From positions 2,925,631-2,989,630 of the forward strand of contig CM119267.1 of NCBI GenBank assembly GCA_051294375.1: a DNA stretch of 64,000 nt. Reading direction: 5' to 3'. Made by a program: the position numbers and the translations under genes. Source of the stretch: Paraspadella gotoi (lineage: Eukaryota; Animalia; Chaetognatha). Shown piece by piece: positions 34,325 through 45,428 of this stretch (the stretch's first letter is position 1; each line of letters begins with the position of its first letter). The notes beneath the pieces are model-generated. The model saw only the letters and a program-made list of their open reading frames with translations. It made no database searches and was not told where the DNA came from.

Positions 34325-37288
34325 TTACAGCCGCTTAGACGGAGAAAGCATAAGTTGGGATTTTTTTTGTTCGCGTGTGACATCAGTCAGAGACCCATCG
34401 CCATTGTTGTTTCTCTTCCACCGGAGACTTTTGACAAGGAGCGATGACCAAAGTGGTGATACTTTTGGTAGAAGGTCGGGTGAGCACCTCCATGCACATA
34501 TCCGTGGAAGGGGATCGAACCTGCGATATATGATTAAAGATATGATATTTAAGAAAATGAAAACGACGAAAAACAACGTCGTGACAATAACCTGGAAAGT
34601 CTTTTCGTCGTACTCCCAAGAAGTTGAACCCACAGTCGCGTCGGAGGACGTCTCGCAATTTTCCATCATGACGCTAAAAGTAAAACGAAATAATATTTTT
34701 ACAATAATTAACTATGACTATTATAACTATTAACTATGATGGATTAGAAAATGAGGGAAACAAGTCAACGAAGGTGAAGTGACTTGGGAAGAGTAAAACT
34801 GTAAAGGGCAGAAGAAGAGAAAATAGAAGATACGGGGCAAAAAAGAGAATAAGACCGAACGGCGCCCATTTTAGGCTATTTGATCCCCTTTTGTCATTGA
34901 AAAACACGGCTGTTTAGCCACGAACCTGAGGGTGCTAATTTGGGGTCTGAGGCACAACTTGTAACTTCCTTCTGCTGGTCGTAACGTTTTATCGGCCGAC
35001 ATGAGCAGAGCCTGTGTCCCGTGTTGATAATGACACGGATAACTTCCCATGGGTCCACTGAGGAAAAACAAATTTGCATTTTGACTTTTTGAATCCCATC
35101 AATATAAATTCCTTATTTAAATTATATAACTTTGTGTCACTCTCTTAAATTATATAACATATTTCAAAGCATACACTGAATCGCTGGCCAAAGTGTCGAG
35201 GCAATTCTTGGTAGCGATGTTCTCCAAGGCTCCAGCTTTTGCGTTCGTGAGGTCGGGAATCCACAGTTCCGGGTAAATGTTCTCCAAGTACCATTTGAAA
35301 GACTTGCAGTTAAGGCGCTTCCGAAGATTGAGCGCGTCTTCAACCGATCCCAACGGGTTGTCCACCGGAAGTTTGGGAAGGCTAATTTTCACGATTTTCT
35401 TTAAAAAAATAAATCCAAAATTAGCGGCGTTCAAAAATCAACAATAACTAATGGTTACTAACTTATTTTAAATCGGACTCACCTTGTAATCGTCCATCCA
35501 CCCTTCGGCGGCCCTCAACTTGTTTCTATAAATCTCATGGTAAGGCACCGGATAAACCTGACCCCTCCAATATTTCCCGTCGCGAAAGACGTGGCCAACG
35601 CGCGAACAAGGGCCGACGAGCAACTTCCCTCCGCACATCCACGTCTAAAAGGTTTTGTTTTAAAAATAGATTTTCCCCCCGATGTCAAAAGATCATCCCT
35701 TTTTAAACTCCAATCTCGCCTTGAAGCCGATCTCCATTTCCTCGCCACCGTAGAGGCGCATTTCCTTGTCGTATCCGCCCAATTCGTCGTACCACCATCG
35801 TTTGTCGGCGGCGAAGAGTCCGCCGGCCATGATGGGCGATGGGTTCTCGTCATCGTAGTTGAGTCTCCGCGTCTCGGGGTGAGTCTGACCCATGGTCCAC
35901 GAAAATCCCAAGAATGAGAGGTAAGAGTTGACGAAGGTGAGGTCGTCGAAGGTTATGGTGTGGATGAGGGGAACCTTGAATCCAGATTGAGAGAGGAAAC
36001 TGTTTTTAAACTCGGAGAGTTCACTTTTATATAACATAAATAAAATAGACGAAAGACGACTCACGACAACGGTCTTTGTATCGGAGGCGACCATCGCGAC
36101 CAGCGGCTCCAGCCAGTGAGGCGTGCATTCGACGTGAGAATCCAAAAAGACGAGAACTCGACCCTCGGTGATCTCGACGCCGGCCATGCGGGCGCGCATG
36201 AGACCGTGTCGCTCCTGAAGAAGACGCAATGGAATACAAAAAAATTCCCAATTGCTAAAGATTTCCCCGTCATTCCCGCCAATCGAATTCCAAACCTTCA
36301 GTCGAAGAAGTTTGACTTTGGGGAGAAACTTGATGTGGCGATCGAGTTCGTCCTGAAGCCAAGGATGCGAGTTTGGGTCGGAGGCATCGTCGACGAGAAT
36401 GATTTCACGGAGAAGTTGGGGCGGAGAATGGTTGAGGACGCTGAGAAGGAATATCAATGATCGATTCTTGGATTTTCACGGTTGAAGGACAGAGAGAAAA
36501 ATACAGACCAAACAATGAACCACACTGAGGCTCATAAGCACATTATTTTATAGGCGGGAACCTGTGGACGGATCTGAGCAAGGCCGAGAGGAGTTCCTGA
36601 TGAAATATAATGATGACGGAGGCGGGGAGCCACTTTTCCCGCATCCTGTTATCTTCTTCTTCCCAAAAATATCGTCTGCACTGCGGAATGTCCCTTGTGA
36701 AGTCTGGAACGGGGCGGTCGAGAGGCAGAGAGTCTGAGACCCAGGAATTGAAACAATAACCCTTGTGGGCGACCGCCTTGTCTTCGTCCGTCATTGGAGA
36801 CTAAAAAAATATAAGAAAATATAGAGAGATTTTTAAAAGGTGTTTAAAACGATTTCTATTTGTTTAGTAACGGGACATGTTTCAATTTTGAAGCATGTCG
36901 AAACATGTTCCGTGCTTAAAAATTTAAAAATTTTGCTGATCTAACTAGAAAAAAAAGGAAAGAAAGGAAAAATCATAATAAGAGCATATTAAAAAGGCGT
37001 ACATATGATCTTTAGTAAAAAACGTCTTGCCTTCAGCGGTTTCGGTTTCCAAGAGGGTTTTCCCGAGGAATTGACGCCGACCCGCCCATGGAGATGCGTC
37101 CAATCTCTCCAGACGTTCGTGAATTCGTCCTTGAGGGAAACGGTGTCTTTGCGTCGCCCGACGCCAGAGAAAAGAACTAAGACGAAAAAGAGGAGGCCGA
37201 CGACGACGACGACCGAGAGAGTGGCCAGTCTCGTCAAGTAGAGTCGCCGTTTCAACAGATGAAGGTATCGGAAAAAAGTCATGGTCAT
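34325..37288 (-). CDS. GALNT: Polypeptide N-acetylgalactosaminyltransferase (GT27) with C-terminal ricin-type lectin
   Basis: Type II TM anchor; [55 protein letters not shown] (DxH), [40 protein letters not shown]; lectin CLDT, YPCH..GTQ, QxW-like motifs. Confidence 0.93.
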
Positions 37289-37886
37289 GACTCCAGTTTT
37301 GTCATAAGTGATTGGTGAGAGATCCACGAATGTGTTTCGCTTTTTCAAACGAAGAGCGAAGGATTTTAATCCATTTTCATTAAACACCAGGATTGTGTTT
37401 TATTCAAATAAGTCCTCAAATTAAAATTCATTGCACTGTAGTCGTAATTTTCTCACCTCGGAAGAGAAAAAAAAAAGTCATACACGTAAAGTGTTGAGCA
37501 TTTAAACAAAATGAATTCCATTTTCGAATCACGGGGAAAAAAATTCGGACACAATTATGAAAAAAATAAACTGTTATCGTGCCCTAAATTAGGCACTGCG
37601 ATACGTCTAACTCTAAACCACAAAAAGAAAAGTATCACAGCCGAAAATATTTCATACAGAGTTACTGAACTATATAAAATTTCTCTGATAAGTAATAATA
37701 TGGAAAATTGAAACTTAAGAATCGGTGATTTCATAAAATTCTACATGAGTATTCTACATAATTATTGTGAAAAACTGAAAATACACTCATTTTTGAATTA
37801 GGAATTAAATACGTTAGAAAAAAAATAAAAATAAATGCAAAGTTTTTTGTAATTTGTGGTTCCAAATGGAACCGGGATTCTTCATG

Positions 37887-38026
37887 GTTCTTCCCCACCA
37901 ACAAAGTGAGCATCTGCTCTGCAAACGCGACATCTCCGAGAGAAAAACGAAGAGGAAACCTCCTCTTCCCCGCCTTCTCTTCCCCTCCCGTACGCTACCT
38001 CAGTACGCCGACACAAGACAATCACT
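37887..38026. repeat. DIRS inverted terminal repeat (3' ITR in element orientation)
   Basis: Reverse complement of 40156-40297 apart from a small indel near the inner end. Confidence 0.95.
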
Positions 38027-38079
38027 CGTAGCCAAGCAAACCAAGAGGGGGGAATCCCGCGAAGACTTCCGGTGAAGCG

Positions 38080-39750
38080 CTACGCCCACTTGACCGGACG
38101 TCGTAGAAGGGGGGGATGAGAAACCGCAAAAAACCAGTCCATGAACGAAAACCGGGTCTGGAGAAACTGACGGCCGGACGAGGCAACGGCCGAAAGAGCT
38201 GTCGGGCGATCAGTCGGCGTCCTTAGACGTCCCTGGAGCCCCGCCCCTACGCTTGGGAGGCGGCGAAGACTTGCGAGGCGGTAGGGACGGCGAGCGGGAC
38301 TACGCGGACTGCCACGCCCACGCTTGCGGCTAGCAGAACAGGCGCAATTGTGTGGCGCCCCGGAGCGGAGAAGCGAAGAATGGAATGCTAGAGTGACGTC
38401 TGTGGAGCGGTCTCCGAAAAAGAACGACGTGGAGGGCGGAGAACTGGACAGAACTGTCTTGAGATCCGAAGGGGCAGCGTCGACAACTAAGCGCCGAGAC
38501 TCGGAGAGGGCCGAACCAAAAATCGCCGCCAAACCCGACGAGGCGTCTCCAAGGGGCTTGGCAAGATCGTCAAGGTGGCCTGCGTCCACTGCACCGGGCC
38601 CCTCCGAGCGAAGGGCCTCAACCATGAGGCGGAGAGCGTCAGCGACAGAAAGGACAGCATGAGCGGACGCTCCGGCGTCCCTCATGATGCGCTCAAAAGC
38701 CTTGAAAGCGCGCGTCTCTTGGAGTCCTTCCGAACGGCGTCGAACTGAGCGGCAAGGCAACTCTCTTGAGCAGGAGGACGAAAATCCGCCGGCAAAGAGA
38801 CATCCGACCAGCGCCGGAAACACGTATTGGCGGAAAGCACGTCCCACGACGGTAAAAGAACGTCGTCCTGGCCAACTCTGCGCAAATCCCTCCACTGCTG
38901 TAGGACCCATTCCGAAGGCTGTACAGAAGCACGACGAGACAAGAAGTTGTCAAACCCCGCAGCAGACTCTTCAGAGGAGGAACCCTCCTCTGATCCGGAA
39001 ACGGAGGCGTCGTCGTCGACTTGCGCAGATGGGGCTCGACGAGGAAGGCGTGATGCAGTCACCCACTCGGAGCGTGAAGGCCGATCCGCCGCCGAAGAGG
39101 CCGCCAAAGAACGCGAAGACTCCAAGTCGCTGGCGTACAAACGAAGAACGACGAAGAACGGCGAACAGAGGCGTCCAAGAACCATGAAGAAAACGTACAT
39201 GGAAAAAAAGAGAAATCATTAAAAAATGACAGTTCAAAAAAAGAACCCCAAAAAACACCCACCAAACAAGACAAGCGAGCCTGAGCCGCCCTCCACCACC
39301 GGTGGTGCCAGGGGTGGACGGTGGGTGGTTGTTGGTGGGAAGAACCATGAAGAATCCCGGTTCCATTTGGAACCACAAATTCTATCATGTAGTTCTTCCC
39401 CACCAACAAAGTGAGCCCGTAAAAAGACCAGGCGAAGGCCCGACAAAAAACAAACAAACAAAGACGAGTTAGGTGGGGCACAGGAGGAAAACCCCTCTGT
39501 ACGCCGAATGTACGCCAAAAAAAGGCGAAAAACAAAAACGAAAAGAAAGAAGAACTCACCGCCGAAGACTCTCCAACTCGGAACGAGACGAGCGGCGAAA
39601 CTCCTTAAATTCGCGACGAACGCTAGAAAGAGCGTTGCTAATTTGGAGAAGAACTGCCTCCATCTGAAGGGGCATGACTTCGGCCTGACCAGAAAAGCCC
39701 GGAATGGCTGATGGTGGAGGCGGCGGCGAAGGCGGCGGCGGAAGAGACAT
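38080..39750 (-). CDS. Spliced gag-like ORF of the DIRS element (one frameshift near 38710)
   Basis: Exon 39750-39560 (MSLPPPP..coiled coil..ESLR) joins through CG|GTGAGT...polyY..CAG|C in frame to 39129 (DLESSRS..). After a -1 shift it continues AFKAFERIMRD..LAKPLGDASSGLAAIFGSALSESRRLVV..PPSTSFFFGD into a basic tail. This resembles the DIRS ORF1 layout (helical region, RR, P..LFG, basic tail). Confidence 0.6.
39329..39416. repeat. Internal complementary region (ICR) / circle-junction copy
   Basis: ..GAAGAACCATGAAGAATCCCGGTTCCATTTGGAACCACA-AATT-CTATCATGTAGTTCTTCCCCACCAACAAAGTGAGC equals revcomp(left end) + revcomp(right end). Confidence 0.93.
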
Positions 39751-40155
39751 GAGGGTAGTCGAGTTGAAAAACACGCGCCTCAGTCCAAAAAACGAAGAGC
39801 ACTGGACAAACAAGGAAGCCGAAAACAAAGTTCTTCCCCCCTGCAGCCGTACTAAGCGCCGTGGGCAAACGAGAGGGCCGAGTCGCAGCTCTTCCTTCCG
39901 CAGCCGCGCAGGGTGCGTCGAGGGCAAGCGAAAGGGCCGAGTCAAGGCTCTTCCCTCCGAAGCCACGCACAACGAAGACGAAAAAGATGGCGGCCGTGAA
40001 GAGAGAACTTCAAAAAGCCACGTGTTGAAGAATATCTGTATTCTGAACTCCAAAAAAAGAGAAACGAAAAATATGCAAAATTATTCAACAAAAATAATCA
40101 AAAAATATTTTCGTAAAAAAGCCGGGAGACTGAGCGCAAAGGCGCGAACAGAAGA

Positions 40156-40297
40156 AGTGATTCTGTCTTGTGTCGGCGTACTGAGGTAGCGTACGGGAGG
40201 GGAAGAGAAGGCGGGGAAGAGGAGGTTTCCTCTTCGTTTTTCTCTCGGAGATGTCGCGTTTGCAGAGCAGATGCTCACTTTGTTGGTGGGGAAGAAC
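40156..40297. repeat. DIRS inverted terminal repeat (5' ITR in element orientation)
   Basis: Reverse complement of 37887-38026. Confidence 0.95.
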
Positions 40298-40320
40298 TAC
40301 ATGATAGAATTCAAAGTCTC

Positions 40321-43300
40321 TTACGGTGACTTCATTCGGATGTTCACCGTGTCGTCCTGATCTTCGCCGTTAAAAATCTCCAGGCTGATCACGTGAGGGT
40401 TGGCGGCAAATTTGGAGTGAACCTTCTTGGGGGTTTCGAGGGGAGCCGGATGTCGACGCGCGCGGACCAAGCTTTGGCCGATCAAGGCCGACAGAGTCTC
40501 CTTACCACGGTTCCGAGAACAATCTGAGTCGAATATAAATAATTGTAAGATCAAAGGATCAATATTATTGAAAAGGGAGAAGAAGGCGGTGACTACCATG
40601 CATTCCGTGGAGCTGAAAGGGCAGAGCCAAAGGTGGCGGAGCGTCGACGAGCGGGGGTTCAGCGGCGGAAGGAAAATGAGAGACCTCAGAGACGGAGAGG
40701 CGACGAGTGAAACCAAAATCCACAAAGAAAACCTCAAATCTAAATCAAATGACATTTTTTTCAATAATATTTTATTTTATTTTAATACACAAACAAGTTT
40801 CGATAAAACGTACAAATTGGGACGATTTTCTTCGTCCGAGATGGTATCGAAAATATATCCTCGCAGCCATTGTTTGCCTTCGAATTTCGCCATGCATTTG
40901 CCATTGAGAGGAATAGGCTTGAGCGACAGTTCAAAGAATCTGCGAAGAAATAAATAACTAGATATTTACATATATTTTGCTTAAAGGAATAATCAATAAT
41001 CATATTGCCATATATACCGAGCTGCATTTTCCAAGACAGAATGGATTCTTCTCAATTTTCTGAGCGAATCTCCATCTAGAAGTTGTCCCCAGAATCTCCG
41101 ACCGTCTTCGACAGCAAAAACTACAACGTCAACAAGATCGGGAAGATTCTGACGAGTAAAGTCGGAAATAAGAAAAAAAAAATATACATTAATTATTTTT
41201 GTACGCGCAAAGAGAGACAGAGACGTTTCGTACTTTGTAGCGATCGCGACCGAAAGCGGAGGTTATTTCGTCGAGGAAAACTTGGGACATCGTCAAAGGA
41301 AGATTCATCGCTGATTCACGCGTCGAACTTAAATTAACTGAACTGATTTCGCGACGAACTGGGACGGGAGAAACGGAGAGAGCCATCTGAAATTAAATGC
41401 ACAAACGTTTAAGACTATAAATGATCTATCCTGGTAAATTACCTGGGGAAATAGTATCACAAATAAAAATGTTTTTAACCTGGAAAACCTCATCTTCTAA
41501 TTGATCCTGCTGCGGCGTAGACATCGATAGGGACAACATAGCAGAATCGATGGAATCTTCGGTGTCGGAAGTCATTGGAAGACGCGAGACTTGAGGGCGA
41601 TTTTCTCCGGTTGGAGAGACGGATATTCCAGAGGACGAGGCCGTCACAGAAGCGTCCGTCGATCGCTCGATCGTATCGAGGCCGGCGCCGGATTGAGATA
41701 CATAAGAGGTTTCCATTTTAGAATCTAGAGCGGGCGAATTCCCTCTCAGCCTCTCAAACTCTTCCATCGCCTCTTTCTCCGAAGGCCCCCTCCACGATCG
41801 CACCATTTTAATTAAATATCCATCGTGTATCGTCGTGAGGAGCCCCAATTCACAGGATTGACTACCGGGAGGCATCGAAAGGACCGTCAAGTGAAAAGCC
41901 GTCCCGTCTTTGTCGGCCGCTTGGACGAGATGACGAACAGCGAGGTCGTTGCGTTCGATTCCTCCGAGTTGAAGGATGGTGACGAGGGATTCGTGTTCGA
42001 GACCCGAGGCGAGACCTTCGACGCGGAAGACCGACCAAATCATTTCTTTGTTCGTCTTTTCGACGCGAAAAATCGATTCTTTATTCAGAGAGAAAAGTTT
42101 GGGATTCGGGATTCGATCGATCCGGTCGCCGACGTGAACGAAGACTCCGGACATACGGACGACCAGTGGGGGAATGTTTCCGCGGCAAACGCCCCAGAGA
42201 CGTTCGAGGAAGGCGTCGACGGAACCGGGGACGGCGACGCGGACGTAAGCGAAGATTTTCTCGCGGCGATTGTCCACGGAATTGATGTAATCAACTCGCC
42301 GCAGGAGAGCGGATACTCTGGGTGACTCGAGGACGTAGTCCAGAGCGCGACGAACGGCGTCGAAGAGGATTTCTGAAATCTTTGCATCGGAGACGAGAGA
42401 GTCGATGAGGCGCGGGAGAATCTCGAGGAAGTGAATCTCGATGACGGTGATCGAAGAACGAGGACGGGGAGAAGAGTTGACGCCGATTTGTGTCTCTGAA
42501 TCGAAAGACGTTTCCCACTTGGTATCTAAATCTCGGCGGCTTTTATTAAAATCTTTCGGAGGTTTAGCGTCGTCAACGTTGAAAAGGTGGGTCTTTAGAG
42601 GTGGCTTTTCGTAGGGGGGGTAATCTGGAGGAGCTACTTCGGATGCTGCGCCTCTTGAGACGGTTCTCCCCCTCGTGATCCTGGATTGACGTGAACGATC
42701 GTGACGAAAATACCAGCCGAGTTCTCTCACATTTTTTAATTCGTGAACTTCGCGAATCACACGCTGAGCGGCAGGGCGATCGTCAAATCTTATGTAACAT
42801 AACTTGTCTATGATAGTCACTTCGCGCAGGTTGTATGGAGTAAGAAGGTCGCGAATTGCGTCCCTGCATCAAAAATAGAGACCTTAAAGAGTGATGTCAA
42901 AGTGCGTTAATTTTTTCGCGTTCTGATTTTCCGATTTTATTTACCTTGTACTGAAGGACGAATTTTCGCTCGTATTGTAACTGAGTGAGAAGAGCTTGAG
43001 AGGATCAGCTTGTACGTGAGAATCAGCGAGTTTCACATTTTGTATCAAACGTTTGTCGGGTTGCGCAGGACGCCGGTCCTTTAAAAATACGTAGAGGTCT
43101 TCTTTGATTCCCACCCTCGTAAGAACGCTGAGCTTTTCGATGCAGACGTCATCCATAGTCTCGAGACACTCGAGCGCGGATCCGTAGCCGAGATCGTCCC
43201 ACGGAAAAGGCTCCTGCGTGACTCTTTGGAAGACGCGGTCGAAAGCATCTACGGAGACGCGGCCCTCGTCGTTGGAACTGATCACCGCTTTGACGAGAAT

Positions 43301-43339
43301 GACCAACTCGTCGCGAGGCTTCTGTGGCACGCGTTCCAT
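40321..43339 (-). CDS. LOTUS (OST-HTH) + RRM-like + extended Tudor domain protein (TDRD5/7/10-like)
   Basis: N-terminal LOTUS signature LVKAVISS..G..FDRVF..EPFPWDDLGYGSALECLETMDDV. RRM-like segments LCYIRFDD..AAQRVI, KIFAYVRV and VFRVEGL. Small 3' exons give VVVFAVEDGRRFWGQL, GKCMAKFEGKQWLRGYI, VFFVDFG and PPPLALPFQLHG (extended Tudor). Stop at 40321-40323. Confidence 0.82.
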
Positions 43340-44080
43340 TCCAAGTTTTAACTGAATCTAATTAGAAGAGGGATCAAAGCAGTGATAAACGAAAAGCCGC
43401 AACTGTTGCAAGCGAATCTTTCAATTTTCTACTTCTGACTTTAATTTAAGAAAGCGACGAGCTTTGTGAAAAGTAAATACGTAGTGGTGGCACTTCGAGA
43501 TTTACATTGGAAAGAAATTTAATCATAGTTTTACTATATGAAAGAAAATTATTTTACCTATGATTACAGCTGGCTTTATAGACCTTTTAAGTCATGATGA
43601 TGATTTTTTAAAAGTCTTTTTTACTATTAATTAATTTAGAAACAGAAGTTTGATAATCGAAAAAAGCGGAAAATTAAGACGGGAGTTTGAAAGTCAGGCG
43701 TTGGTTTATAATCCTGATTACCACAAGACAGTCTTGAGAAGAGTAAGATCCTATCTGACAATATCAAATAACATCTGTGAGATGGTGCGCATTATCCGTA
43801 TTTTTAACAATTTTCACCAAAAAACTATGGCTCAATTGATGATGGTGATAATAGACGCAAATTAAAACTACAGTTGATTTATATTTTCAATAATTATTAG
43901 GAATTCTGGTTCACCTACGATAATCAGAAACAATAGTTAATCTTTAAAACATTAAATCCACTTCACTAACAAATAAACTTGCGGAAAAGCTCGAACGAGT
44001 TACTTGTCTCAGGCCAGACGACGAGGGACATAATACTATTAGTTTGGTTCCGCCTCGTTCACTCGACTCCAACTGGAGCG

Positions 44081-44728
44081 TCAACGCAGGGGCCTTCCCA
44101 TGTACACCCCGGGCGTCGGCGTGTGGGGCCGCTTGGTGATGGAGTAGTCGACCCTGATCCTTCTGCCGTCGATCTCCATTCCGGAGCATCGATCCCTGGC
44201 CTCCTTTGCGTCATCGGTGTGCTCGAAGTAGACGAAGGCGAAACCGCGACTCCGTCCCGTCGCGCGATCGTAGACGATGCTGACGTCGGAGAGAGGTCCG
44301 TACCGGCCGAAGACCTCCTCCAGGTCCTGCTCACGCGAATCGTGGGAAAGATTAAACACGCCCAAGCAGGAGGACTCTGGCGGGTCGTCGCGGTCGCCCT
44401 CGTGCCGCTTTCTGTCCGACATCGGCGAACGAGAGCGGCGTCGGCGGGAATAATCGCCGCGGCCGCCGTACCGGCTGCGGCGCGACAAGGAGCGGGAGCG
44501 CGATCGAGATCTTGAGCGGCGGCGCCGTCGGTCGCGAGAGCGGCTGCGGGACCGGTGGTGTCGGCGGTATCGGCCCCGGCTGCGGCTCCTGCTGCGATCG
44601 CGGCTTCTATCACGTGAGCGACTGCGGCTTCTCTCTCGGGACGCCGATCTGTGAGAGCGGTTCTTGGAGACGTCGGAATCGGCGTCGGAAAGCGCCGGTG
44701 ACGCTCCGCTTGACTCCCGATCGGACAT
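44081..44728 (-). CDS. tra2: Transformer-2 homologue (RS1 + RRM + linker), single coding exon
   Basis: RS repeats, then [54 protein letters not shown]. Confidence 0.95.
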   Translation of the reverse strand: MSDRESSGASPALSDADSDVSKNRSHRSASRERSRSRSRDRSRDRSRSRSRGRYRRHHRSRSRSRDRRRRRSRSRSRSRSLSRRSRYGGRGDYSRRRRSRSPMSDRKRHEGDRDDPPESSCLGVFNLSHDSREQDLEEVFGRYGPLSDVSIVYDRATGRSRGFAFVYFEHTDDAKEARDRCSGMEIDGRRIRVDYSITKRPHTPTPGVYMGRPLR

Positions 44729-45428
44729 TTCGACTTTTGGACAGAAAGGGGAGAAAAAAAATATTAAAAAATTAATTTTAATAAGTAAGCTTAATGAAAG
44801 ATGTTTAGACCCCGAGTTCAGATATTTAAATAGAGATGCAAGGTCGTATTTTTTTTTTATTTTTTTTTTACCCATATAAATCGATATCTTGTTTTCTTCT
44901 ACCCATTTTTATTTCTTCGTTGCCGAGGAAACTTCAATACTTGAGAAAGACTTGATATATCTTCACAATGACTTCTCATGGAAAATTTCCCGACATGTTT
45001 CTATTTTTTCATGAAGACGAATCTTCATGGAAAAACTGTTGAGCTTCACAGACATTCTATTTCTTGGTAGAGACGTTGCAAAAGCGCGCTTCTTACTTCT
45101 CAGCTTCATACTTCTCACCTTCGAAACTTGAAATGTCAAAAGACGGTTGGATTAGCGAGTATCGAGACAAACGACGATATTAATATTTTTTAATCCGATT
45201 TTTTATGGGGATATGTTTTTAATGATCGACCAATTCTTACCTGATAATTTACTTCTTTTCAATGTTAATGATATCAGTTTAATACAGTAAGGCAGACTTC
45301 CAATCTAAAAAGAAAGACTAGAAATACATTATAAAAATATCACAGAAGTGTGTAAGAATTTAATATTCTGATCGTACGGAGCAAACTATAAAACCCCCCA
45401 CAAAAATCATAAGAATAAATAATTAAGA

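Larger units (their letters stand above)
37851..40311 (-). mobile_element. Non-autonomous DIRS1-type element (ITRs + ICR + gag-like ORF only)
   Basis: ~140-bp near-perfect inverted repeats 37887-38026 / 40156-40297 with non-identical outer extensions. Internal region 39329-39416 is complementary to both outer ends joined at AATT. AATT is present at both ends (37851-37854, 40308-40311). No RT or YR motif was seen. Confidence 0.88.

Noticed and set aside
38324-40189. Plus-strand ORFs inside the DIRS element as RT or recombinase remnants
   Set aside because: No YxDD, RNase H or R-H-R-Y motifs; they are antisense shadows of GC-rich sequence.
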